Below the pieces are notes generated by a model, which saw only the letters and a program-made list of their open reading frames with translations, had not been told where the DNA came from and did not search any database. 64,000 nt of DNA from Tetramitus jugosus. Its lineage: Eukaryota; Protista; Heterolobosea. Below, in pieces: positions 19,966 through 30,705 of this stretch. Positions within the stretch are counted from its first letter, which is position 1; the number at the start of each line of letters is the position of its first letter. Location of the stretch: positions 248,001 through 312,000 of the forward strand of contig OW569383.1 of the NCBI GenBank assembly GCA_937625935.1. Direction: 5' to 3'. The translations under genes were made by a program, and so were the position numbers.

Positions 19966-22900
19966 TTACAACACATAATTTTCCTTCAGGGAAACCAATG
20001 TTGACTCCAAGTGATTTAAATCCTCTAACCAAAGCATTTCAGCGGTCTTCGCAGCGAGTTCGTCGTAACGCTCTTGTTTCTCTGCAACTTGCTTTTGCAA
20101 TTTTTCTACATTCTCGATTGTTAAATTCCATACAGGTAGGTTGAGAACATATTGGAAGGAGTCATTGATTGGTGCTAATCCCAATTCATCTTTCAGATAA
20201 GCAATAATATCTTCACGCTTCTTGCTGGCAAATGTACTCAATGGGTTGTTCTTACCTCCACTATTTGTTGATGTGAAGTGCTTCAAGAATGTGAGCTTGT
20301 TGTTGAAGAGCTTTAGCTCTGATTGATACTGATCTAACATAAACTGTCTCCGCTTCTCATAATACTTGAGTCTTGTTGGATAAAATTGTTTCATGATATC
20401 CGTTACAGATGAGTACTGAGCAATGTGGCCCTCCTCGTCAAAAAGTGTCATATTATTCAATGAAACATGACTCTCTAGCTTTAGGAGTTTGTGCAGCAAT
20501 TTTTGGTTGATGCTATCAATAATTTCTTCAGATCCATTCGGAAAATGCTCTGCCTTTAGAACGATATCAAATCGAACGTTGACATCAGTGTGATGCTCTG
20601 AGAACTTCTTAATCATACTGTCATCACCAGAAGCTTGATTGACCAAGTAACTTTTGTAATCTTCTGTCCATTTGCCAAGGGGTAATTCCGTGATTGATAT
20701 TGTGTAGTCCTTATCATTCTTTTTCATGGGTAATAGATGAATAGTTCCAAAGGAACTGTATCGTTTCTTTTCATCATCATATTGAAGCTCGCCCGTGAAG
20801 TTTCTTGTCCAAATCTTAAGATCCTTGCAGCGCTTCTTATTGATCATATTTTTGAGATTTTGGACAATCTCTAGAGGATGGAATGTGGGAACACTCGTGC
20901 TCCAACCAGTACCCACTCCTTCTGAACCATTGACCAGAATCATAGGAATTATGGGAACAAAGAACTTTGGCTCAATTTGCATACCATCCTCTTCGTTGTA
21001 TTCGAGAATTGGATCGTCAGCCTCTGGGAAAATTTGACGTGTGATTGAGTTCAAACGAGTAAATATGTAACGAGAGCTGGCAGCATCCTTTCCTCCCTGA
21101 AGTCTCGTTCCGAACTGACCCGAAGGAAATAGTAGTGGAATGTTATTGCCACTTCCAACAAAATCCTGAGCCATGTTAACAATTGTAGAGTTGAGTGATG
21201 CTTCACCGTGATGATAAGCTGTCTTCTCGCCTACAAAGCCTGCTAACTGAGCTACTTTTATCTCACTATTCGAATTACTCTTTCTTTTGTTCATGATGGC
21301 GAACAGAACCTTGCGCTGACTAGGTTTCAATCCATCGACCAATGAGGGGATACTTCTTACATTGTCGTATTGAGAGAAGTGAACAAATTCTTTGTTGAAG
21401 AAGTGTGTCAGTGAAACCCGACCTTTGGAATGATCCACAAATTGATCACCTTCATTCTCTGACAGTAAGCGATAATTTGAGAGCCATTCTTTTCGTTTTT
21501 GGGCGTTGCTCCTGTGAAAGATCATCTCGATTAGATTATCGTCAGTAGCTTTCTTCTCATCAAAATCAAATATAATTCTGTGCTTTTCGTTGAGTTTGGA
21601 AAAGTATTCTTTCGCTTCGCTACCGGTACTGGTACCCAGACCCTTGTAGTATTTAATACTCCATTTGTTTGCTTCGTCAGTACCACTTTCCTCAATCAAC
21701 TTTGATCTCCACTGTTCATACTCAGCAATAGAAAAAAATGACAGAGTATTCTTTTGTTTGCTTGCTTTGATAAGTGGAGTGATAAACTCCTCAACAAATC
21801 CAGATCGCAATAAATTAGGATAAAAGTAATGCAAGAAATTGATAAATAATCCCTTAATGTGCGAACCATCATGATCTTGATCACACATGAGCATGACACG
21901 ACCATAACGAAGACCTTTCCTAACATCTCCATTCACATTGTCGCTATCTATATAATTTTCCAATCCCAGAATTTTCTTCAGATTTGCAATTTCGGCATTA
22001 TTCGATATTTGATCGATGGAAGCATCTCGCACGTTCAACAACTTTCCCTTCAATGGGAAAACACCAAATGTATCTCTTCCAATTACACTCAAGCCAGCAA
22101 CCGCCAGAGCCTTAGCAGAGTCACCCTCCGTTAAAATCAGTGTACACTTGTGAGAGTGAGGTCCGCCAGCCAAATTGGCGTCATCCAATTTCGGAATCAT
22201 CAGTCGTGTAGCAGTTTGGCTAGATGTCCTCGTTTTGCTTCTCATTTTTCTCTGTTGTCTAAACAGAGCGGTTGAGAGAATATCTTCGAGGATATCCGTT
22301 TTTTGAACAAATTGCTTGACAAGATCATCAATCTTTTTCTCGTTTTCAGCTCCACTGTGCACCATAAAGTGTTTGTTCATGAACTGGAAGCTCTTCGTTG
22401 TTAGTGTTTCTTTGGTTTGTGAGTCGAAAGATGGATTCTCGATCAAACAATTAGCAAATAATGATATCTGAGAGAGAATAAGCCTGAAGAATTGCGCTTC
22501 GTTGTTCGCTGAGTTTGTAGAATTCATCTCATGCTCTTTGAACAAGGCATGCTTCTTCACATGCTCCCAAACCTTTCTTGCAATAACAGATGATAAATGG
22601 GAAATGTGTGTTCCTCCATTGGATGTTGCGATACTGTTCACAAATGAAAAATGAACAAATTCATTCATTTCATGAGAATGACCCTTCATGGGCGAAGAGG
22701 AATGGAGTCCAACTGATGGACCCAATGCCAACTCTAAATTATGATTGATCTTCTTATAGGCAAACACTGTATCACTTGTCGCATCAACTTGCTCACTCTC
22801 ACGATAAAATAACTTGATGTAATCTTGGAAATTGGATACGGGAACGAGCTCATCATTTAAAAACACTTTCAATTTTGGATTACAGGCAGCCAAGTCATAC

Positions 22901-24042
22901 ACTCTTCTACGTAACAAGGCTAAAAAGTCCTCAATTTGCTCTTGATTCTCAAAACGAGCAAATTTGCTCAAATCTGGTTGAATCGATATCTCAATCGATC
23001 CATTACTATTGCTGTTGCTTTGGCCCTTGGTCTTACTTGAAACTAAAGGAGTGACCAGAGCCTCTGAACACTGACTCATATTATCGGACCATACTTGCTT
23101 ATAGTGCTTGTGATGCAACGGATCAACAATCTCAACAATAAACTGACAACTAAATATGTTGGCCAATTTGGCACCATAACCGTTTCGACCACCAGTGAAC
23201 TTGACCTCTGAATCATCAAAGTTTGAACCAGTCAACAAATGACCAAACACCAACTCTGGTACATAAATTTTCTCCGTTTTATGGATTTGAACCGGAATGG
23301 ATTTTCCATTGTTCCAAACATGAATCCAAAAATTGTGATTGTTATCCGTGTTTGACATTTCAAAACGCACTCGCAGTTCATTGGTGCCCGTTCCTGATCG
23401 ATTATGATTGTCCACTGCATTCACCAACAGTTCATCAATAATCTTGTACAGAGCAGGTGCATAGGATATGCTCTTGTTAATAATCGATTGTTGTGCAGAG
23501 GCAGTAGCAGTAGCAGTACTGGCAGTTGTAGTTGATTTTGTTCTTGTTGGTTTCGATAAGGACAATGAGGATAAAATAAAGGCATTGCGAGTGAAACGAT
23601 CCACAGATCCAACATAGGTATCCGGTCGATCCAACACATGTTGAATGGGTGATTTTTTTTGATAAATGTCTTCAATTGATTTTTGAGCACTATTATTATT
23701 ATTTGCAATGATAGTAGTAGGAGCACTCATGTGTTGTTCATCATCATCATTATCGGCAACAACAACCGCAGTTGCTGCCCTTTTCGTGCTTTTGACTACT
23801 ACATCAGTGTTTGATGTAGTTGTTGTTGATTTTTTGACTGCTCTTGTGGTTTTGGGTTTATTGGTGGTCGGTGATGCACGCAATGGATTGGTTGATTGTC
23901 GCAGTGAAAAATGAGTCATGTTATGAAATGATAAAGAAGAAGATGGTTGGTGTTGTAGTGATTGAGTGGTGTGGAGTCTGATGCGATGGAGAAGTGTCGC
24001 ACTGCTTCCATGACTACTCTTTGATTGCAACAATCGTTTCAT
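19966..24042 (-). CDS. TOP2: DNA topoisomerase II (type IIA), probably the mitochondrial paralog
   Basis: RPDTYVGS, DELLVNAVDN, GGRNGYGAKLANIFS, LTEGDSA, PLKGKLLNVR, DQDHDGSHIKG, catalytic SRY. ATG at 24042; basic/Ser-rich presequence; no long C-terminal domain. Confidence 0.95.
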   Translation of the reverse strand: MKRLLQSKSSHGSSATLLHRIRLHTTQSLQHQPSSSLSFHNMTHFSLRQSTNPLRASPTTNKPKTTRAVKKSTTTTSNTDVVVKSTKRAATAVVVADNDDDEQHMSAPTTIIANNNNSAQKSIEDIYQKKSPIQHVLDRPDTYVGSVDRFTRNAFILSSLSLSKPTRTKSTTTASTATATASAQQSIINKSISYAPALYKIIDELLVNAVDNHNRSGTGTNELRVRFEMSNTDNNHNFWIHVWNNGKSIPVQIHKTEKIYVPELVFGHLLTGSNFDDSEVKFTGGRNGYGAKLANIFSCQFIVEIVDPLHHKHYKQVWSDNMSQCSEALVTPLVSSKTKGQSNSNSNGSIEISIQPDLSKFARFENQEQIEDFLALLRRRVYDLAACNPKLKVFLNDELVPVSNFQDYIKLFYRESEQVDATSDTVFAYKKINHNLELALGPSVGLHSSSPMKGHSHEMNEFVHFSFVNSIATSNGGTHISHLSSVIARKVWEHVKKHALFKEHEMNSTNSANNEAQFFRLILSQISLFANCLIENPSFDSQTKETLTTKSFQFMNKHFMVHSGAENEKKIDDLVKQFVQKTDILEDILSTALFRQQRKMRSKTRTSSQTATRLMIPKLDDANLAGGPHSHKCTLILTEGDSAKALAVAGLSVIGRDTFGVFPLKGKLLNVRDASIDQISNNAEIANLKKILGLENYIDSDNVNGDVRKGLRYGRVMLMCDQDHDGSHIKGLFINFLHYFYPNLLRSGFVEEFITPLIKASKQKNTLSFFSIAEYEQWRSKLIEESGTDEANKWSIKYYKGLGTSTGSEAKEYFSKLNEKHRIIFDFDEKKATDDNLIEMIFHRSNAQKRKEWLSNYRLLSENEGDQFVDHSKGRVSLTHFFNKEFVHFSQYDNVRSIPSLVDGLKPSQRKVLFAIMNKRKSNSNSEIKVAQLAGFVGEKTAYHHGEASLNSTIVNMAQDFVGSGNNIPLLFPSGQFGTRLQGGKDAASSRYIFTRLNSITRQIFPEADDPILEYNEEDGMQIEPKFFVPIIPMILVNGSEGVGTGWSTSVPTFHPLEIVQNLKNMINKKRCKDLKIWTRNFTGELQYDDEKKRYSSFGTIHLLPMKKNDKDYTISITELPLGKWTEDYKSYLVNQASGDDSMIKKFSEHHTDVNVRFDIVLKAEHFPNGSEEIIDSINQKLLHKLLKLESHVSLNNMTLFDEEGHIAQYSSVTDIMKQFYPTRLKYYEKRRQFMLDQYQSELKLFNNKLTFLKHFTSTNSGGKNNPLSTFASKKREDIIAYLKDELGLAPINDSFQYVLNLPVWNLTIENVEKLQKQVAEKQERYDELAAKTAEMLWLEDLNHLESTLVSLKENYVL

Positions 24043-24186
24043 GTTGTTTTTTTTGATGGTGTTGATTCTTTTTCTTTGATGGTGTGGAAAGTCGTGCAAA
24101 AAATTGAACTGTCCTCACAGAGCGAAATGCTTTTCGAATCCACGATGGATTGAGAACCTGAGTCGAGCGAAACTCTAGGCAATAGT

Positions 24187-25065
24187 TTACACGTTATTTA
24201 CATAGTCGAGAGCCGTTTTCCAAAACGAGTCTCTTATCTGTACATCAATACCAGCAATCAACAGTGCTTGCTGTATCAGTTGAACACTAGAATTCTGTCT
24301 GCTTCCACCACTGCCACCACCTCCACCACCAGCCAACAATGAAAATCTTTTACTAATGGAGCTAAAGTTGTGAATAAACAAATGATGGAGCGCTGTTCTT
24401 CCCTTGTGATCCTGAAGGTTCAAATTAGGTTTTCCCTTGAGCAGAGCTTGCACTGAACTAAAGTTCATATTGGCACAGGCGTACATGAGAGCTGTTGTGC
24501 CTTCAGAGTCTTGTGCGTCGATATCAATGCCACTCACAGCACTACTGCCTTGATTGTTGTTATTGTTGGCAAACAACAGGGAAACAACAATGACTGAATA
24601 CCCTCTTTCAGCAGCAAACATGAGAGCATTCTTCTTGTCCATGTAGGTGCAAGAGTTGACTGATAAGTTCTTGAATGATAGGAGACGATTGGCCAAATGG
24701 AAATGACCCTTTATGATACATAGTATGAGTGGTGTTTGTCCAATGTAGTTTGGACGGTTGATTACTTCAGTCGTAATGTCATAGCTTGTTGTTGTTGTTG
24801 TGGTAGCATTTGTGTTGCTGCTGGAGCTATTGTCTGTTCCTGTGGCTTGTGGTTGCTGTTGAAAATTCTGTGTATTGTTGGTTGATGTTGCTGTAGACGC
24901 ATTTTTGGCGGCAGAATCAAGCGCAAAAAGTTCTTCCAAGACACGCAAAAAAAATTCTTCGTTTCCAAATGTGCACGCCAAGATGAGTTGTTGATGTAAT
25001 AGTTCATCTGGTGAGGAAAATATTTGTTTAGGTCGTTTTATATCGTAGGGTGTCTGGGTGAGCAT
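24187..25065 (-). CDS. Ankyrin repeat protein
   Basis: GQTPLILC, KNALMFAA, DSEGTTALMYAC, DHKGRTALHH; first ATG at 25065. Confidence 0.88.
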   Translation of the reverse strand: MLTQTPYDIKRPKQIFSSPDELLHQQLILACTFGNEEFFLRVLEELFALDSAAKNASTATSTNNTQNFQQQPQATGTDNSSSSNTNATTTTTTSYDITTEVINRPNYIGQTPLILCIIKGHFHLANRLLSFKNLSVNSCTYMDKKNALMFAAERGYSVIVVSLLFANNNNNQGSSAVSGIDIDAQDSEGTTALMYACANMNFSSVQALLKGKPNLNLQDHKGRTALHHLFIHNFSSISKRFSLLAGGGGGGSGGSRQNSSVQLIQQALLIAGIDVQIRDSFWKTALDYVNNV

Positions 25066-25469
25066 TCTTCTGTGTTCGTTGTTGCTTCTCTTTGAGGTTG
25101 ATTGGTGCCGAAATTTGATCGGATTTTTTATGAACCAAAAATACAAAAATTTACGATGTTTTCAGTCCTCTGGACTTTGTTTTTTTCTCTCTCAGGTAGG
25201 CGTTCAAAAACCTGTGGGTCTTGTTCACTAAGACAACACAGCTATCTCTTGGTTTTAGAGAGTCTCATTTTTGTGTATGGTTCGGAATGATTCGTCCAGC
25301 TGTCATCACACGTCAAGACAAAGATGAATAAAAAGGATTCCACCACATTGTGCATGGTAATTTTTGGTTGTGAAGATGAAGGCCCACTCCAAAAAACAGT
25401 GCAGAAGACCAGAAAAGCTTTTCCACAATATCCAACAAGAAACCGTAAGAAGAAGTCATCTTTGTTCCA

Positions 25470-26868
25470 ATGACAGAACAATCACAAACAGTAACAGCAC
25501 CTGCCGTTCTTCGAGTCTTTATCGAAAAGGCTTACAACTTGTCCAAATCTTCAGATTGCTTTTGCAAGGTGCGCTTGCTTCAATCTGAACCAACAGCAAC
25601 AGGCGATCAACCGTCGATCGTCATTGGCGAAAAGCAAAAAACAAAGACTGTGAAAAAATCAGGCGACCCTGTTTGGGATGAAGAGCTACAACTGATTGTG
25701 CCTTCATCGACTGTGCTTTCTTCACTTCGTTTAGAGATACGACTGTTTGAGGAGAGAGTATTGAGAAGGAGTGCTCTGATTGACACTGTGAGCTTCTCTC
25801 TCGATCGTCTTTACTATGGTGACAGCGTTAAAAGTAAGTGACGAGCAAGCTCGAGTTTAGAGTTTTGCCTATTTGTCATCATAGGATCACTGTTGGTACT
25901 TACACATGTATTTTTTAATTCATTGTGCAGAGGTGTTTTCAATTGAAGGTCAAAAAAATTTAGTAGGTCAACTGTATGTGAAATTCACAGCAGAAAACTT
26001 TGGGAGACCATTGCCCAGTGTACAGGAGCGAGCACAAACCACAACCAAGAGAATTCATTTGACAAAAGCATGTGAGTTGTTCAAGGTTCCACTCACGGGC
26101 AATCTAGTGAAAGATTACAAGGAGTTGCGCGCTAGGATTCACCAGTGGCGACTCACACAGGTCACCATGGAGAATGTTGCTTCATTGACGTTTCATTATT
26201 ATGACAGCGGAGCTAAGGGCCATTTGTTGGTTAGTGATTTAACACGGATGGCACAACACATCTTGTCCTTCTTGACCAGTAATTCATCTGGTAACTTGTT
26301 GAGCAGCAATACGAAGCGATTGATGCAGAAATGGGAGAAGCACAAGGAGGATCATTTGATCGAGTATTATAACAAGCAAGAGTTTATTGGCATTGCCAGT
26401 GATATACTGAAGCAAGAACATTTTTTGAACAAGGCACCCATCACGAAAATCGTAGATCGAAGCGAGAGCCAAAAGTTTAATGAGATGGCACTCACTGTGC
26501 TCGGTGTCTTGGGATTTGAGAAATCGAGTACATCGATTGACATGTACAATGAATCGATGATTGATTCACAGACTGGCGTAAAACCATTCCACATTGCAGC
26601 CTATCTCTGTCCTCAGGAGCGGCCACTGTTCCAATCCAATCTGGCTCAACTGTTTTTTGATTTTTATCATCTGAGTCGAGTGGACGATGATGGAACAGAT
26701 ATCGATAATCCAAGCCATTGGAGAATGACACCACACGATTTTCAAACTTTCCTTGGACATACGGACAACAAGATGAAGAATATTCTTGTGAAGAGTGTTT
26801 GGGAAAGCTATGCTCTGGGTGATTTTAGAACGGAGTTTGTGAAGCTTGAGGAGTTAAATTTTGGATGA
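25470..26868 (+). CDS. C2 domain plus EF-hand-like protein; two exons (25470-25833, 25931-26868); 3' end possibly disrupted
   Basis: C2 motifs LRVFIEKAYNL and KTKTVKKSGDPVWDEEL. GTAAGT...TGCAG intron 25834-25930 joins in frame (DSVKKVFSIEG). EF-like FHYYDSGAKGHLLVSDL. Confidence 0.75.
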
Positions 26869-27238
26869 TGAACTCAGAGTGCTAACGTGCCAATATGGCA
26901 ATAAAGAAGGCTCGATAGAGCGCAACGGCCATACCAATCACATCGTGCTCGACAATGCTCAAAAGTATTGCGTTTAGTTGTATTTAAAGTTTTTGCAACA
27001 AAGAGATGAAGGCAAAACGACATCTTTGAGATTGTTGCTTGTCGGATTGTCTCCAAAATGTAGGAGGATAGAGGATATACAATTACCACAAAAACCATTC
27101 AACAATTATGAAAGTTTACAATTCTGTGAAGGAGTTGTACTAGAGATTTTTTTTCTCTAAAAAAAAAAATAAAAAAAAAAAGATAGAAACTGTAAAACAA
27201 TTAACGCTTTATTTGGCGGCTAAATAAACCTCGGTGGT

Positions 27239-27922
27239 CTACCTCAACATCATGGAGTTAAGGAAGTCAACTACCTGAGCCCTCGTTTTATTAATGACCC
27301 AACCATTTAATGTTGTAGCTTTGAGATCCTCCTTCACTGATTCTACTGTTGTATCCTTCAACAGAAGACCCACATTGTATGCGTCGAGTATACAATGAGT
27401 GTGAAGACTGCTGGCGAGGAACTCTTCGAACCATGATCGCGGAGACTCAGTAAAGTACAACAACACTCTCTCAAGACCAGGAACCGAGACAACCATAAGA
27501 TGAGGATGTTGTGGCAATGAGACCTGTGGCACTTGATTCACAAAAATGGAGAAGTACCTCGATCGAACAGGTACCAAAGCATTGCTATCCAATTGCATTC
27601 CAAAGCAATGTTTCAAGCACCAGATTGCCTCCTCTATATTGGTGTCAAACACTTCCCCAGCAATTAGCCTGTTACGCAACCAACTGTGAATGAAACGTTC
27701 CCAAGCAACACAATTATTTACAACAAACACATCCAAGACCACATCCAAGACCAGCACCTTGGTCAACAACTTCCTCAGCCTATTGTACATATCTGTACTT
27801 TGACCTATTTTAGCACCACGAACCTCGCGGGATGACAACACATAGATACACTGTCCAATCTCACGAAGATCATTTTTAGAGATTTGATTCTCTCCATTGA
27901 TTGTAATAGCACAACTAATCAT
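27239..27922 (-). CDS. T5orf172/MUG113-type GIY-YIG superfamily nuclease
   Basis: CIYVL...AKIGQSTDMYNRLRKL...WERFIHSWLRNRLIAGEVFD. Confidence 0.8.
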   Translation of the reverse strand: MISCAITINGENQISKNDLREIGQCIYVLSSREVRGAKIGQSTDMYNRLRKLLTKVLVLDVVLDVFVVNNCVAWERFIHSWLRNRLIAGEVFDTNIEEAIWCLKHCFGMQLDSNALVPVRSRYFSIFVNQVPQVSLPQHPHLMVVSVPGLERVLLYFTESPRSWFEEFLASSLHTHCILDAYNVGLLLKDTTVESVKEDLKATTLNGWVINKTRAQVVDFLNSMMLR

Positions 27923-28020
27923 AAAACGAAAAACAACAAAGAAAGAAGTGGTTAAGTTTGAGTGCTTGCAATTGCATGAGATTTTTTTTTTGTGTGTCTA
28001 TTTATTGTTTGTATGATGGC

Positions 28021-28093
28021 TGTTGATGGATTGTAATAGTTTGTAATAGATTGTAATAAGGTTGATGGGTGTTAGATGGGTTAATAAGGTGGA
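28021..28093 (+). repeat. Irregular 10-bp-period, cytosine-free G/T-rich tandem repeat between the nuclease and RT genes
   Basis: tgttgatgga/ttgtaatagt/ttgtaataga/ttgtaataag/gttgatgggt/gttagatggg/ttaataaggt. Confidence 0.75.
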
Positions 28094-28150
28094 CTTTTTG
28101 GACTAGAATAACAGGATCTCAAAAAGCAATCACAAAGTATACTACACTAG

Positions 28151-29383
28151 ATGAATGACCAATGGAAAGAGGCGGCCATGCATTTAATGAAGGCATTACA
28201 AGCGGTTTTACAAACCCAACAATTTTTAACAGTGAACAATGGAGAGCCGTCGGTAGTGGGGGAAAGCGTACTCACCAATTATGAGCCTCCAAAGCGCTTC
28301 AAGTTAACTACTGGTCCTGTGCCAACTAGTATGGACAATGAAAAGAACAACAAAGTTTCTGCGAAGGCACAGAAACTGAGTCGACCATATTGGCAAACAC
28401 CACAAGAAATCTTGCAGGAAGGAATGACGATTCGATTTTACAAGCCAGAAGCCATTGTTCGCAGCAAGCTTCGTCAACCAATGATCCTTAATAGGGTTAA
28501 AGGCTCAAATATTCAGTTGATTGATACTCGAGTTGAAGAATACGTGAAGGAAGGTATTCTAGTTGAAATTCCAAGAGACAAGGCATTGTTCATTGAATCC
28601 ATTGCTGTAGTTCCACGAGCATCAGATCCAAGCCGTCCAAGAGAGGTTCTTGACTTTACTGAACTGAACCAATTCATCCTTGATTCAGACTGTAAGTTGC
28701 CAACCCGAAAGAATCTCGTCGGACTCACTGACCAATATTCCTATGCAGCCTCAATTGATGTCAAATCCTGTTACACAAACATCAAGTTAAATGAATCATT
28801 TCAAGCCTATTGCTGTGTCGGATGGAAAGGAAAGGTATACAAATTTACTCGCGTGCCATTTGGTATCAAATGTGCCCCTGCATGTTGTCAAGTGGTCACG
28901 TCCCATCTCGCACATAAGACTACTCTGGTGTATCTGGATGACTTCTTGCTATTGGGTGAGTCAGAGGAGCGTGTCCTAGCCCTTGTAGAGGAACAAAAGG
29001 TTGCTCTCGAAAAGAATGGCTTCCCCATCAGTCTCACAAAGTCTATGTTGAAGCCGCGACAAGAAATTGAGTTCTGTGGTTACAGAATATGTTTTGGTTC
29101 AGAGCAAAGAGGTGTGTATACTACTGACAAGCATCTGATGGATTTGTCATTGCTCATAAGACTCTGTCAAACGAGCGAGCACATTGATCTCAAGACCTGG
29201 CAACGATTTCTTGGTAAGTACAATTGGTGTAGAGCCAAGAAGGAGGACGAAGCTGTCCACGACAAGCTAGTGGCCCTCATGAATGAACGCGACAGTGAGA
29301 CCAATCACATCATGCTTGACCACGTCGCTCGAGCAATGCTCAGCAATATGGTAGCAAGATGTTCTCTTTCTTTTGATTTTTGA
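28151..29383 (+). CDS. Stand-alone reverse transcriptase of DIRS/LTR type (no RNase H, protease, integrase or recombinase)
   Basis: [59 protein letters not shown], thumb [10 protein letters not shown]; stop about 50 aa later. Confidence 0.9.
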   Translation: MNDQWKEAAMHLMKALQAVLQTQQFLTVNNGEPSVVGESVLTNYEPPKRFKLTTGPVPTSMDNEKNNKVSAKAQKLSRPYWQTPQEILQEGMTIRFYKPEAIVRSKLRQPMILNRVKGSNIQLIDTRVEEYVKEGILVEIPRDKALFIESIAVVPRASDPSRPREVLDFTELNQFILDSDCKLPTRKNLVGLTDQYSYAASIDVKSCYTNIKLNESFQAYCCVGWKGKVYKFTRVPFGIKCAPACCQVVTSHLAHKTTLVYLDDFLLLGESEERVLALVEEQKVALEKNGFPISLTKSMLKPRQEIEFCGYRICFGSEQRGVYTTDKHLMDLSLLIRLCQTSEHIDLKTWQRFLGKYNWCRAKKEDEAVHDKLVALMNERDSETNHIMLDHVARAMLSNMVARCSLSFDF

Positions 29384-29476
29384 TTGTATTTTATGGTGTG
29401 TGTATTGTAAATACATTGTAAAACTCGTTGTAAATAAAAAGTCCGTCAAAAAGCTCAGACGGAGACAAAAGGACAT

Positions 29477-29549
29477 CGCCCACCGAGGGGCTCGAACCCT
29501 CGACCACAAGGTTAAGAGCCTTGCGCTCTACCGACTGAGCTAGACGGGC
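29477..29549 (-). tRNA. tRNA-Lys (CTT)
   Basis: GCCCGTCTAGCTCAGTCGGTAGAGCGCAAGGCTCTTAACCTTGTGGTCGAGGGTTCGAGCCCCTCGGTGGGCG; cloverleaf; T-run downstream. Confidence 0.97.
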
Positions 29550-29587
29550 TATATATTCAATGTTAGAATAACCGCTCCCGAATCGGA

Positions 29588-29699
29588 GTAATTCGTAGTT
29601 CTGTGCTAGGAACTTGCCTGCGATAGGGTCAGAAGACGTAAGGTAGTTATTGAATTCGGTGCAGAGAATAAAGTTGCAACACTCGTTGTCTGGAAAAAA
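29588..29699 (+). mobile_element. Heavily 5'-truncated non-LTR retroelement (3' end only) upstream of tRNA-Lys
   Basis: TSD GAATCGGA at 29580-29587 and 29700-29707; A6 tail; 3' end cggtgcagag-aataaagttgcaacactcgttgtctgg matches the LINE 3' end at 33272-33337. Confidence 0.82.
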
Positions 29700-29711
29700 G
29701 AATCGGATATG

Positions 29712-30562
29712 TTAACAAAATTCATCAAAACTCGTCGATTGTCTATCTTTCCTTTCTTGAAAGGCTTCTTCGTGATCGTCTCCAGTGCAACGACTCTTCA
29801 CCTCAGTATTGAACTTTTTCTGATTGCTTTCTTGTTTGTTCTTTTCACTCTTTTTTGAGTTACAACAGCATGGAAAGGAGAGGACTCTCTCCTTCACCTC
29901 TTCACCACGACAAAAACGAAACAACAATGACGCTATCCATCACAGTATTATTCCACATCCCCAAACATTTCCTGATAATAAAACTCGTCAACTGTCTCTC
30001 TTTCCTTCTTGTGAGGCTTCTTGGTATTCGATGGTGCAGGCACCCCATGCACATAGTGTCTCGATTCATACCACAACCGCTTCTCTCTGATAAACAACTG
30101 TCTCTCCACATCTTTGTCTGTTAGACCAAATCTTTCTCTACTGGATGACAACTGATTCACATCATGAATCGCTCCACTGCAATGACTCTTCACTTCCATG
30201 TTGAACTTTTTTCTGAGCCGTTTTCTCTTGTGGCTAATCTCCTTTTCGTTCGTTCTGGGCACAAATGGTGTTTGACCCTTGTTCTTGCCCGCTCTTGCAA
30301 GCGATCCCATGAGAATAATCATTGAGTAATTTTGTTTCTGTTGTTGTGTTCTGTTGTGGCAAGCTCTCTGTTTGAAAAACAAATGGTTCGGAACTTGTGA
30401 AGGCGAACATGGTTTCGTGAAAATGTGCATTTCTTGGGGGAAGGATGGAAGGACGAATGACTCCTTAAGTTTAGTTCTCTTGACCGTCTCTTCAAATTTC
30501 AACACTGTAATCACCCAAGAGATCAATAAACATAATGGTCCGTCGTTTACGAATTTATTCAA
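29712..30562 (-). pseudogene. Degraded coding-like region with an internal duplication
   Basis: KKFNMEVKSHCSG (about 30150-30230) vs KKFNTEVKSRCTG (about 29770-29830); 29727-29775 resembles 29979-30029; broken frames. Confidence 0.4.
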
Positions 30563-30705
30563 TGATCTCGCAACAACAAACAGAAGATTCCATCATACGA
30601 ATTCATCCATTCCGAGCTGTGATAAAGTACTTGACACATAAGCGAAGGTGACGATTTCCAACAAAAGGTTCAAAAGTCTCAGGAAAGAACACTGATCTCA
30701 TTACT

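Noticed and set aside
27229-27237. CCTCGGTGG matches the 3' part of the neighbouring tRNA-Lys (possible primer-binding site or att-like repeat)
   Set aside because: Only 9 nt, does not include the tRNA 3' terminus/CCA complement, and about one such match is expected by chance in a 2-kb region.
28021-28093. CRISPR array or true telomere
   Set aside because: No repeat-spacer structure or cas genes; units are irregular and internal to the contig.
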